Assembly: GCA_963837165.1 (NCBI GenBank)
Contig: CAWIMD010000002.1
Location: 33,644-97,643 of the forward strand
Direction: 5' to 3'
From: Vicinamibacteria bacterium
GTDB lineage: Bacteria; Acidobacteriota; Vicinamibacteria; Vicinamibacterales; JAENWD01
Length of the DNA stretch: 64,000 nucleotides
Position numbers and translations under genes: made by a program. Below the pieces are notes generated by a model. It had not been told where the DNA came from. It searched no databases and saw only the letters and a list, made by a program, of their open reading frames with translations. Positions 21,669 through 29,935 of this stretch are shown here, one piece after another (position 1 is the first letter of the stretch; each line of letters starts with the position of its first letter).

Positions 21669-22913
21669 ATGCAGCCGCCGCGAGCCGCCGCCTTCGTCCA
21701 GTCCGTGGACGCGATCCGCCAGCAGTTCCCCGCCCTCGAGCGGCGCTACGAGGAGCACGCCGTGGCGTACTTCGACGGCCCCGGCGGGACGCAGGTGCCG
21801 CGCGTGGTCGTGGATCGGATGGCCGACTACCTGCTCAATCACAATGCCAACACGCACTGGCATTTTCCCACCAGCCTGGAAACCGACGCGGCGCTGGACG
21901 GCGCGCGGCGGGCGCTGGCGGACTTCCTGAACGCGTCGCCGCGTGAAATCGTTTTCGGGAACAACATGACCACCATCACCTTCCACGTGGCCCGCGCGCT
22001 CGGCCGCGAGTGGGGAACCGGCGACGAGATCGTGGTCACCGAGCTCGACCACCACGCGAACATCGCGCCGTGGCAGGCGCTCGCCCGCGAGCGCGGCGTC
22101 ACCGTCCGCTCGGTGCGGATGGCGCCGGAGACCGGCCAGCTGGACTGGGACGACATGGAGCGCGTCGTCGGCCCGCGCACGAGGCTCGTGGCCGTCGGCG
22201 CGGCCAGCAACGCCCTTGGCACCATCAGCGACGTCGCCAGGGCCGGCCGCCTCGTGCGCGAGGTCGCGGGCGGCCTGCTGTTCGTGGACGCCGTCCACTA
22301 CGCGCCGCACCAGCTGGTGGACGTCCAGGCACTCGGGTGCGACCTGCTCGCGTGCTCGGCCTACAAGTTCTACGGGCCGCACGCGGGGGTGCTCTTCGGC
22401 CGCGAGGCGCTGCTGGCGGGTCTCGACGTGCCCAAGCTCGCGCCATCGCCCGACACGGCGCCCGAGCGGCTGGAGACCGGGACGCAGAACCACGAGGGCA
22501 TCGTCGGCGCCGGAGCGGCGGTGGACTTCCTGGCGTCGCTCGCGCCCGGGACCGGGTCGCGGCGTGCCGCCCTGGAGACGGTGTTCGAGGAGCTGCACGC
22601 GCGCGGCGCCGCGCTCGTGACGCGGCTCTGGGACGGGCTCGCCGCGGTGGACGGCGTGACCGTGTACGGGCCGCCGCCGGACCGCGCCCGCACGCCCACG
22701 ATCGCCTTCGTCGTCCGCGATCGGACGTCGGACGAGGTGGCACGGGAGCTCGCGTCGCGCGGCCTGTTCCTCTCGAACGGCGATTTCTACGCCACGACGG
22801 TGGTCGAGCGGATTGGCCACGCGAGCGACGGCGTCGTGCGTGCCGGCTGTGCGTGCTACACGACGGCTGACGAGGTGGAGCGGCTGATCGAGGCGGTGGA
22901 AGAGATTGCGTAG
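21669..22913 (+). CDS. Class V aminotransferase, cysteine desulfurase-like protein
   Basis: The PLP-lysine context is ACSAYKFYGPH, inside an aminotransferase class V fold of 414 aa. Confidence 0.8.
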   Translation: MQPPRAAAFVQSVDAIRQQFPALERRYEEHAVAYFDGPGGTQVPRVVVDRMADYLLNHNANTHWHFPTSLETDAALDGARRALADFLNASPREIVFGNNMTTITFHVARALGREWGTGDEIVVTELDHHANIAPWQALARERGVTVRSVRMAPETGQLDWDDMERVVGPRTRLVAVGAASNALGTISDVARAGRLVREVAGGLLFVDAVHYAPHQLVDVQALGCDLLACSAYKFYGPHAGVLFGREALLAGLDVPKLAPSPDTAPERLETGTQNHEGIVGAGAAVDFLASLAPGTGSRRAALETVFEELHARGAALVTRLWDGLAAVDGVTVYGPPPDRARTPTIAFVVRDRTSDEVARELASRGLFLSNGDFYATTVVERIGHASDGVVRAGCACYTTADEVERLIEAVEEIA

Positions 22914-22940
22914 TGCGGAATGCGGAATGCGGAATGCGGA
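22913..22940 (+). repeat. Tandem heptamer array (RTGCGGA)x4
   Basis: GTGCGGA ATGCGGA ATGCGGA ATGCGGA begins on the last base of the upstream stop codon. Confidence 0.9.
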
Positions 22941-23581
22941 AGACCGGACTGACGCTCGCGGCAGCCGTTTTCTGCGTTGCGGGCCTTCTGGCGGCGGAAC
23001 CGGCGCCGGTGTTGCTGCCGGTCGATGAAGCCGCGTCCCAGCCTGATTTCTTCTCGTTCCGCGCCCGGCTGCTGACGGCCATCGCGCGCCACGACGCGGG
23101 CTGGGTGCGCGCCATCGTCGATCCAGACATCAAGAACGGGTTTGGCGGCGAGGAGGGCAGCCGGAGCTTCGAAGAGATGTGGCGGCCCGGGGCGCCCGAC
23201 AGCCGGCTCTGGGAGGAGCTGGGACGCACGCTCGCGCTCGGAGGAACGTTCGAGGGGCCCGATACGTTCGAGGCGCCGTACGTGTTCAGCCGCTGGCCGC
23301 AGCAGTACGACGCCTTCGAGCACGTGGCCGTCATCGGATCCGACGTTCGCGTGCGGGCCGCCGCCCGATCCGACGCCGACGTCCTGACGACCCTGAGCTT
23401 CTCGATCCTCCGCGTGGCGCGTCCCGAGGCCGAATCGGCGGCATGGACGGCCATCCGCCTGCCTGACGGCCGCGCGGGCTATGTTGCGGCCGAATGCGTC
23501 CGCAGTCCCGTTGCCTACCGCGCCATCTTCACCCGCGCCGCCGGCGGCTGGCGTCTCGCGATGTTCCTGGAGGGCGACTGA
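22934..23581 (+). CDS. Hypothetical exported protein with C-terminal SH3b-like segment
   Basis: The ATG is the last one inside the heptamer array. The signal-like N-terminus is MRKTGLTLAAAVFCVAGLLAAEP. The C-terminus reads IRLPDGRAGYVAAECV. Confidence 0.6.
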   Translation: MRKTGLTLAAAVFCVAGLLAAEPAPVLLPVDEAASQPDFFSFRARLLTAIARHDAGWVRAIVDPDIKNGFGGEEGSRSFEEMWRPGAPDSRLWEELGRTLALGGTFEGPDTFEAPYVFSRWPQQYDAFEHVAVIGSDVRVRAAARSDADVLTTLSFSILRVARPEAESAAWTAIRLPDGRAGYVAAECVRSPVAYRAIFTRAAGGWRLAMFLEGD

Positions 23582-23586
23582 CCGCA

Positions 23587-23624
23587 GTGCGGAATGCGGA
23601 ATGCGGAATGCGGAGTGCGGAGTG
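23587..23624 (+). repeat. Tandem heptamer array (RTGCGGA)x5
   Basis: The units are GTGCGGA ATGCGGA ATGCGGA ATGCGGA GTGCGGA GTG. Confidence 0.9.
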
Positions 23625-23633
23625 AACGCGGGG

Positions 23634-24452
23634 TCAGTAGAGGACCTGCGCTTCGCCGCGCTCCGCGATCATCTGCTCGATGAGCGCCACGAGCGCGTCG
23701 CGGCGCGCCATCACCCCCTCGATGTCGGCGGGCTCCAGATAGGATTTCGTCTCGGCGGCAACCTGGTCGCGCGTGAGCGCCTTGAGCCGATCCAGCAGCG
23801 CGCGGTCGCAGCGGGTGACGTCCTTCGGCGCGATGAGCGTGTGCGTGTGCCGAAAGGCGCGCGTGAAGTCGATCATCCAGAGCTTCCAGTCGGACGTGAT
23901 GAGCACGTTGCCCGTGTTCCGATCCGTGTCGGCGACGAGCTGCGTGAACAGCCGCATCCTGTACATCTGGTGGTTCCAGGCGGCCGGGTCGGGCGGTTGA
24001 ATGTGCTCTTTCAGCCGCTGCCCTTCCTCGAGCTTCACGTCGTCCACCCACCAGCTCAGCGCCCCCTTCTCGCCGTCGACCGCGCGCTCGATCGTCACGG
24101 GCATCATGTCGGAGAGGCCGAGCAGGCCGGCGAGCCGGTAGGCCGCGATGGAATACTTGTAGGAGTCCACGAAGTTGAGCTCGGTGCGTCCGTTCTGAAA
24201 GTGCATGATGGACTGGCGCTCGTCCACCGTGGAGAACGCCGCATCATGGGTCAGGGCGCCGTCGGTCAGGGTGAGCCGCACCGGACTGGTGACACCCTTG
24301 GGAATCCCCTTGTGCTTGATGATGCGCGCGGTGCGCAGGAACTGCGCCTGCTGGTCGGGCGTCAGCGCCGGACCCGCGGCGGGCGTCCTGGCCGCGGCCG
24401 CGGCGACCAGCACGAGGACGAGGACCAAGGTCCGCCTGACCCGTAACACCAT
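23634..24452 (-). CDS. Hypothetical protein with N-terminal signal/anchor and a PI3/PI4-kinase-like catalytic core
   Basis: The N-terminus is RRTLVLVLVLVAAAAA. LVADTDRNTGNVLI resembles the catalytic loop and WMIDFTRAF resembles the DFG segment. SIAAYRLAGLLGLSDMMPVT resembles the hinge segment of type II PI4K-like proteins. Confidence 0.6.
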   Translation of the reverse strand: MVLRVRRTLVLVLVLVAAAAARTPAAGPALTPDQQAQFLRTARIIKHKGIPKGVTSPVRLTLTDGALTHDAAFSTVDERQSIMHFQNGRTELNFVDSYKYSIAAYRLAGLLGLSDMMPVTIERAVDGEKGALSWWVDDVKLEEGQRLKEHIQPPDPAAWNHQMYRMRLFTQLVADTDRNTGNVLITSDWKLWMIDFTRAFRHTHTLIAPKDVTRCDRALLDRLKALTRDQVAAETKSYLEPADIEGVMARRDALVALIEQMIAERGEAQVLY

Positions 24453-24599
24453 CGTCTCCTCCAGCCAACCGGCCCCCGGGGTCCCCTGAGTCTCCCCGAG
24501 GGCCGGCCGTCTTACAAGCGATTGGCGCTACTATGACGGCGCCCGGCAGGCGAGTCCTTAGGGCGGGGCAGGAAAGTTCCAGGAAAATCCCAAGACGCG

Positions 24600-25259
24600 A
24601 TGCGGGCCCACTTTGCCGAGTTCGTCGTGGACTTCGAGGCGCGTCAGGTGCTCCGGTTGACCCATCCGGTCCACCTGACGCCGAAAGCCTATCAGCTGCT
24701 CGCCCTGCTCGTAGCGGCGCAGCCCAGGGCGCTGTCGAAAACAGAGCTGCAGCAGAGCCTCTGGCCGTCCACGTTCGTGGACGAAGCGAACCTGTCGGTC
24801 ATCGTCGCGGAGCTCCGCGCCGCGCTGGGCGACGATGCGAAGCACCCGCGATTCGTGCGGACCGTACACGGGTACGGGTACGCCTTCGCGGCGGAGGTCA
24901 CGCACGAGCGGGCCAGCCAGTCCGACAGCGGCAGCGGAGGTGGCGCCTGGTGGCTGCACTCGGAGGCCGTGCACGCGCGGCTCGGCGAGGGGGAGCACCT
25001 CGTCGGACGCGAGCTGCCGATCGACGTGTGGCTGGACTCGGGAAGCGTGTCGCGGCGTCACGCGCGCGTGAGCGTGGAAGGCGACACCGTGTGGGTGGAG
25101 GATCTCGGAAGCAAGAACGGGACGTGGGTCGGCGGTCAGCGGACCACGTCCCGGGTCGCGGTGCCCGACGGCGCCGAGATCCGGTTCGGCGCCGTGTCAC
25201 TGCGGCTCCATTGGGCGATGTCGGCGGGATCGACCGAGACGTTGGGCGTGGTGGAGTGA
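24600..25259 (+). CDS. Winged-helix (OmpR/CadC-type Trans_reg_C) DNA-binding protein fused to a C-terminal FHA domain
   Basis: The N-terminus reads VHLTPKAYQLLALLV...RFVRTVHGYGY. The C-terminal FHA signature is VGRELPIDVWLDSGSVSRRHARV...LGSKNGTWV. Confidence 0.8.
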   Translation: MRAHFAEFVVDFEARQVLRLTHPVHLTPKAYQLLALLVAAQPRALSKTELQQSLWPSTFVDEANLSVIVAELRAALGDDAKHPRFVRTVHGYGYAFAAEVTHERASQSDSGSGGGAWWLHSEAVHARLGEGEHLVGRELPIDVWLDSGSVSRRHARVSVEGDTVWVEDLGSKNGTWVGGQRTTSRVAVPDGAEIRFGAVSLRLHWAMSAGSTETLGVVE

Positions 25260-25338
25260 CATGGGTCTTCCATCTAACACGCCCCCCGTGAGCCCTCCCG
25301 GCGCGTTCTGACGCATTTGCCTGTGGGGAGGCGAATCC

Positions 25339-25920
25339 ATGACGCTCGTGTCCGTGGGGACCACACTGCTTGTCCTGGCGCTCTGCCACGAAGCAGCCGC
25401 GCAATCGTCGGGTTTCATCGGCCTGAACGCCGGGGGCAGCTACGAAAGCGCGGAGGACGGTGTCAGCGGTTCGGCCGGTGGTGCCGGTCTGGGGGCGGGA
25501 CTTCGACTGCGCGAGGGCTGGACTGCCGCGGTCGACGTGTGGGTGCCCGGATACATCGAAGAAGCCGGCGGCCGACATCGGGACATCCTCGTGAGCATCG
25601 TCGCGGTGCGAGAGGCCGCCGCTCGGGACCGGGCCCGGCCGTATGTGCTGGCCGGTATCAGCTTCGGGCACACGACCTCGACCTTCACGTCGTGCCTGAC
25701 GGAGCGGCAGGGCGTGCCCACCATCGTCGACTGCACCGATCCCGACGTCCAGGAGCGCCGTCAGGACGCGTTCGCCAGCACAACGGTCTATGCGGTTGTC
25801 GGGACCGGACTCGACTTTCCCCTCTGGCGTCGCGTTCATCTGGCGCCGGAGGCCCGCGTGCTCATCGCGGTGGGGTCAGTGATCATCCGCCCGGCACTGG
25901 GAATCCGAGTGGCGCTCTGA
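25339..25920 (+). CDS. Outer-membrane beta-barrel protein (small porin/OmpW-like)
   Basis: A signal peptide (LLVLALCHEAAAQS) is followed by alternating beta-strand patterning. The RBS is GGGGAGG. Confidence 0.6.
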   Translation: MTLVSVGTTLLVLALCHEAAAQSSGFIGLNAGGSYESAEDGVSGSAGGAGLGAGLRLREGWTAAVDVWVPGYIEEAGGRHRDILVSIVAVREAAARDRARPYVLAGISFGHTTSTFTSCLTERQGVPTIVDCTDPDVQERRQDAFASTTVYAVVGTGLDFPLWRRVHLAPEARVLIAVGSVIIRPALGIRVAL

Positions 25921-25926
25921 GGCCAC

Positions 25927-25954
25927 TCCGCATTCCCAATTCCGCACTCCGCAA
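25927..25954 (-). repeat. Degenerate heptamer array (TCCGCAY)x4, inverted relative to 23587-23624
   Basis: The units are TCCGCAT TCCCAAT TCCGCAC TCCGCAA. The array starts just after the OMP stop, where G+C begins to fall. Confidence 0.75.
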
Positions 25955-26028
25955 TATGGTGGACCAGACCGGCGCCAGTTGGAACCAGACAACGCAATGG
26001 CTCCGGCAGATCGCCGACCTGAGAGCAG

Positions 26029-27858
26029 TCAGCGGACTTTGAAGCGCTTCGTGACTGCGTCCGGCAGCTTGACGAGCCGCAGGCCGTCGCCCTTGTCATC
26101 GAGATCGCGGACCTCGATCAGGACTTTGTCGCCGACGAGTTCAGCATTCGAGGCGTAGGTGCGGTTTTCTTTCTCCCAAGGTGCAATGACTTCACCTGAG
26201 AACGGGTCGCGCCACTCCAGGGGCGTTCCGGAATTGGCGGTAAGCACGAGGCCGCGTAGGAGTTTGAACGGCGGAACACTTCTGAATTCGTTGGTGGCCC
26301 ACAGCCGTCTTCCGCTAGCGACGTTGAACCCCAGTGCGCGGCCTTGCGCGAGAACGTAAACGTTGTCCGCGTCCTGTTCGAGTTTCTGATACGCGCCCAC
26401 CTCGTTCGGCAGCTCAGCGCGCCACAACTCTCGTAGGCTGTCCTGGTCCAAGCACTGGATTTGATAGACAGGGCCAAAGCTCACAACGCAGACCGCGTCG
26501 CCGGAGGCAGACAGAGCCGCTGTCTTTAATCCAGTATCCACGCGAGTTGGCGGTTGGGTCGGGTCATCAAATACCAGAAGTGGACCGTTGTGGATGGCCG
26601 AAAACACCCGACGTCGCCCCTGCACCAGACTCCGAGATACGTGCTCGCCCATCGCGTACGCCTGGATCCGACCATCGGGTGTTACGACGTACAACGACTT
26701 GTCGTCTGGTACGAACAGTCGATCGAACGCCGCAACGATCGCCGGGCCGGTTGTCCCCAGGTCGGGATTGGGCGTCAGTGGCTTCGCCCACACGGGCTTG
26801 CCTGTCACTGAAATGCAATGGAGAACTCGATCATCGGAGACGAAGTACAAACGGTCTCCAATCCGAACGGCATTTGACCGCACGCCGTCTGCAGTCGGGT
26901 ACGCCCAAGTGATCTTGTGGGTGACGAGGTCGAATCCCGCGACTTCAGTCTTGTCGACGATTCCGTATCCGATACCGAGGACCACGGTGTGATCGTCGAG
27001 AACGTTGAGAACGTGAACTCCCGCTTTGGCCAGTCGAACCTCCCAGACCGTCTCCGCCGCGGCTACTGATAGGTTCGAGCGAAGGGCCCCGTTCAGGGTT
27101 CTGAGAGCATTTTCTGCAACGTCGACATCGCTGTCCTTTGTCAGGTCGCGAAGAACGTCCAGCCGTGCGGCGCCATCAACTCTTTCAAGAGCTGCGACCG
27201 TTGCCCTTCTGCCGGCAGTCTCCTTTGATGCGCTCAATGCCTTCGCCAATCGCACGACGGTGTCCGAAGGCACGGTCCGCAGCGTTCGGAGAGCATTTAT
27301 TTGCAGGTATCGCGGCTGATATTTGGGATCCGAAGCTCGGATCAACGCCGTGACGAATGCGTCGTCCGGAGGGTCGGAGACGGGAAACCGGTGTTCGGCG
27401 AACCCTTCTTTGATCCACTGCTGTTGCGTCTTGTCCTTGTTTGATTCGTACCACGGCCGCCAGTCGTCCGCGTTTCGTCCGGCATCGTGATTCGTGATTG
27501 TCTGCAAGGCGTCGAGTACATGAAAACGAGTGTCGATTGCGCCGTACTGTCCTTCCCGTGGCACTGTCCCGAATTTCGCCAACGCCTCGATCAAGAACGG
27601 CACTGACGAGGCGTCGCCGATTCGTCCGATTTCCAGAATGACGTCGTGCGGATCGCCGGCCGACGCGAGGGCTTTATGAAGCTGCGCGAGACGCTCGGCA
27701 GACGGAAGTTGCCTGTTGGGCACGGGCTGCAGGTTGGACGGCATGATCGTCGTCGCCTGTTGCGCCGAGACCGCCACACCACCCGAGTGGCGAGCGACTC
27801 CTACAGCAAAAAGCATCGCCAAGATCACGAACAGGCGCACCCGCTTCCCCCTGCTCAT
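26029..27858 (-). CDS. Exported HEAT-repeat + PQQ-like (BamB-like) beta-propeller protein
   Basis: A signal peptide ([14 protein letters not shown]) leads into HEAT-like helices ([13 protein letters not shown]). The C-terminal part has repeated W/Y-containing propeller blades ([10 protein letters not shown]...KPVWAKPL). Confidence 0.65.
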   Translation of the reverse strand: MSRGKRVRLFVILAMLFAVGVARHSGGVAVSAQQATTIMPSNLQPVPNRQLPSAERLAQLHKALASAGDPHDVILEIGRIGDASSVPFLIEALAKFGTVPREGQYGAIDTRFHVLDALQTITNHDAGRNADDWRPWYESNKDKTQQQWIKEGFAEHRFPVSDPPDDAFVTALIRASDPKYQPRYLQINALRTLRTVPSDTVVRLAKALSASKETAGRRATVAALERVDGAARLDVLRDLTKDSDVDVAENALRTLNGALRSNLSVAAAETVWEVRLAKAGVHVLNVLDDHTVVLGIGYGIVDKTEVAGFDLVTHKITWAYPTADGVRSNAVRIGDRLYFVSDDRVLHCISVTGKPVWAKPLTPNPDLGTTGPAIVAAFDRLFVPDDKSLYVVTPDGRIQAYAMGEHVSRSLVQGRRRVFSAIHNGPLLVFDDPTQPPTRVDTGLKTAALSASGDAVCVVSFGPVYQIQCLDQDSLRELWRAELPNEVGAYQKLEQDADNVYVLAQGRALGFNVASGRRLWATNEFRSVPPFKLLRGLVLTANSGTPLEWRDPFSGEVIAPWEKENRTYASNAELVGDKVLIEVRDLDDKGDGLRLVKLPDAVTKRFKVR

Positions 27859-28290
27859 GGTCGGTTCGGTCGATGTCCAAACATCTCGTTATCGGTTATC
27901 GGCTCCATGGTCGCGACACCGATAGATCCGCTAGTCACTTTGACACCAAATCCTGCCCAAGCTGGCTACGGACCAGTCGGATACCGGCATTCAATCAGCT
28001 CACACGCCCACCGGCTGTACCAGTTGGAGAGGCGTCTGAATCGAGCAGCGCGGCAGGCAATGAAAAGGCGAATGAGGGGATGTGGAGGGGGAGATGGACC
28101 CAGGGGGAGCATCTCCCCCCCAAGCATGAACGGAAATCGCCAGGACAACGGCTGTCTGACGATGATGACCGTCGCCATCTGCCCTGGCGCTTTCTCCTGC
28201 AGCGCGTTCGCTTTGTGGAGAGTAGTCGCGTGCATTTCTGACGCTGTTCGCGGGGCGTCCTTCGCCCCGCGATGACCGGCGCGGGAAAGC

Positions 28291-28370
28291 AGCCGGGACG
28301 TGAGCGACCCCACCTGCGGACCCCGGACCCTGACCCCAGAGTCGGTTCGGGGGTCGCTCACGTCCCGGCT
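28291..28370. repeat. Perfect 21-bp inverted repeat with a 38-nt spacer
   Basis: AGCCGGGACGTGAGCGACCCC (28291-28311) pairs with GGGGTCGCTCACGTCCCGGCT (28350-28370). Confidence 0.85.
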
Positions 28371-28493
28371 GCTGGTGATTGGAACCACGTGGATTTGTTG
28401 CCCGAAAGTCGGGCCGAAAGCGCGCGTGATTTGCGCCGCGCAATTGCGGACAATTCTGGCCGGGGATTCGGTTGATATCATCGGACAGAACAG

Positions 28494-28760
28494 ATGCCCT
28501 CGAAGCCTGCCTTTCCTGCGTGGTGGAATTGGGAACTCTCGTTCACACCACACGCGGAACTTCGCATGGAACAGCGCGGCGTGACGGAGGTGGACGTCCG
28601 CGCTATGCTGGAGCGAGCAAGCGCGTTCGAACCGAGCGTGGTCGAGGGCCGATTCATGATCCGTGTCGCCAGGGACAGCCGGCCGTGGATCGTGATCGTG
28701 GAGCCTGACAACGACGCGTCGCTCTTGGTTGTCGTCACCGCGTATGAGGTCTCCGAATGA
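28494..28760 (+). CDS. DUF4258-family protein (putative toxin)
   Basis: The FTPHAELRMEQRGVTEVDV motif (H-A-x2-R-M-x2-R-G) is present in an 88-aa protein. It overlaps the downstream partner by 4 nt. Confidence 0.7.
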   Translation: MPSKPAFPAWWNWELSFTPHAELRMEQRGVTEVDVRAMLERASAFEPSVVEGRFMIRVARDSRPWIVIVEPDNDASLLVVVTAYEVSE

Positions 28761-29029
28761 CTGAGCGATCCCTTCAGGTCACGTACAGAAAAGGCAAGCC
28801 GTTTTCTGCGTACCTGCATCTCTCGCATCAGACGGGAGAAAAGAGCGCCAGGACGGTTCCGTCAGACGACGGTCTGCTCGTCGTCGATCACGGGCAGAAC
28901 GGGAAGGCGATCGGAGTCGAAATCACCGCGCCTTCAGCAGTGCCGTTGGATCGCCTGAATCGACTCCTCAGCGAACTCGGGGAGACGCCTTTGAGCGAGC
29001 ACGACTACCTGCCTGTGCGAGCGGCATAG
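28757..29029 (+). CDS. DUF2283-family protein (putative antitoxin)
   Basis: GLLVVDHGQNGKAIGVEITAPS matches the DUF2283 core pattern. The start is translationally coupled to the upstream gene (ATGA). Confidence 0.7.
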   Translation: MTERSLQVTYRKGKPFSAYLHLSHQTGEKSARTVPSDDGLLVVDHGQNGKAIGVEITAPSAVPLDRLNRLLSELGETPLSEHDYLPVRAA

Positions 29030-29696
29030 GCGCTGCTTCGTTCGGCCGATCAAGATGCGTTCTATCCGCGGCCATCACGCGTTGAATCATGCCGCTGTGC
29101 TCGGCGCCGTCAAGGCCGCGTCGCTGCGCTCCGCCGGCGCGTTCCGCGCCGCTTTGGGCCTTTGACGGCGCCTCCGCTCAGCGCGTCGAAGCCGATGCGT
29201 GATGGCAGTCGATAATTTCGTGTTCCAGAATCCGTAAGGCGAGCGCGAATGAAGGCTGTCTGGAACGTCTTCGCGGCAAGCACTCTTCGACCCAAGGACG
29301 ATATGGTGCACGTATTCGGACTAAGCGGTGACACAAAGTGTCCGTCTCAACAGCAAACGTCGAAGCAACGACCTTGACTCGACGTTGTAGCCGCGCTATT
29401 TTGCGTTAGGCGTTCAGCGTTTACGTTCTCCTCATCCGCGGCGCGCACTTCCGCCCTGTGGACCTCCATCGATCGTCGCTCTCAAGCCACGATCGCACCG
29501 GCGAGTTCGCTTCCGTTCGTTCGATCTGCTCGCGTCGTCGCTCGTGACGACGATTCGCGCGACCTACGTCGCGCGACTCGATGACGGCAAAGAGCCCTCA
29601 TCCGCGCAATTGACTCGGACGTCGCCCGACACCCGGTCGACGTCCTGAGCGCGCACACCCACAACAACTGACGGCGGATTGTGGAGGGCGTTTGCC

Positions 29697-29885
29697 ATGG
29701 ACGAGATCCTCTCGGCCGACGTACCGACTGGCGAACTTTCAGTCGATCGGTGCCGCGAGTTGCTCGGCGACGAGGCCGCGGACCTGGACGACAACGAAAT
29801 CGACCGAATTCGACGCTGTGCCGACACCCTGGCGCGGGTGGTGATCGAGATGTTCGTCAATGAGAACCGTCCGACGATCCACTAG
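29697..29885 (+). CDS. Small acidic hypothetical protein upstream of the recombinase
   Basis: A 62-aa ORF (MDEILSADVPTGELSVDRCRELLGDEAADLDDNEIDRIRR...) ends 50 nt before the recombinase gene. It carries no recognisable motif. Confidence 0.35.
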   Translation: MDEILSADVPTGELSVDRCRELLGDEAADLDDNEIDRIRRCADTLARVVIEMFVNENRPTIH

Positions 29886-29935
29886 CGCATGAGCACGAAC
29901 TTGCGACGCGAGGCAGCAGGTCTAAGCTGCCGGAT

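Noticed and set aside
25956-26028. A partial duplicate of the tRNA-Lys 3' end at the left edge of the islet (TGGTGGACCAGACC versus TGGTGGGCCCCCTGG) as an att repeat.
   Set aside because: Only a 6-nt TGGTGG match is present, which is within chance expectation. A computational exact-repeat search is needed before any att site is claimed.
29087-29667. Small ORFs in the 650-bp gap between the DUF2283 gene and the recombinase (29087..29311 -, 29110..29334 -, 29482..29667 -).
   Set aside because: They overlap one another and are Arg/Ser-rich, with no RBS or motif. The region contains several short hairpins (for example AACGTCGA...TCGACGTT at about 29356-29386) but nothing I can support as a gene.
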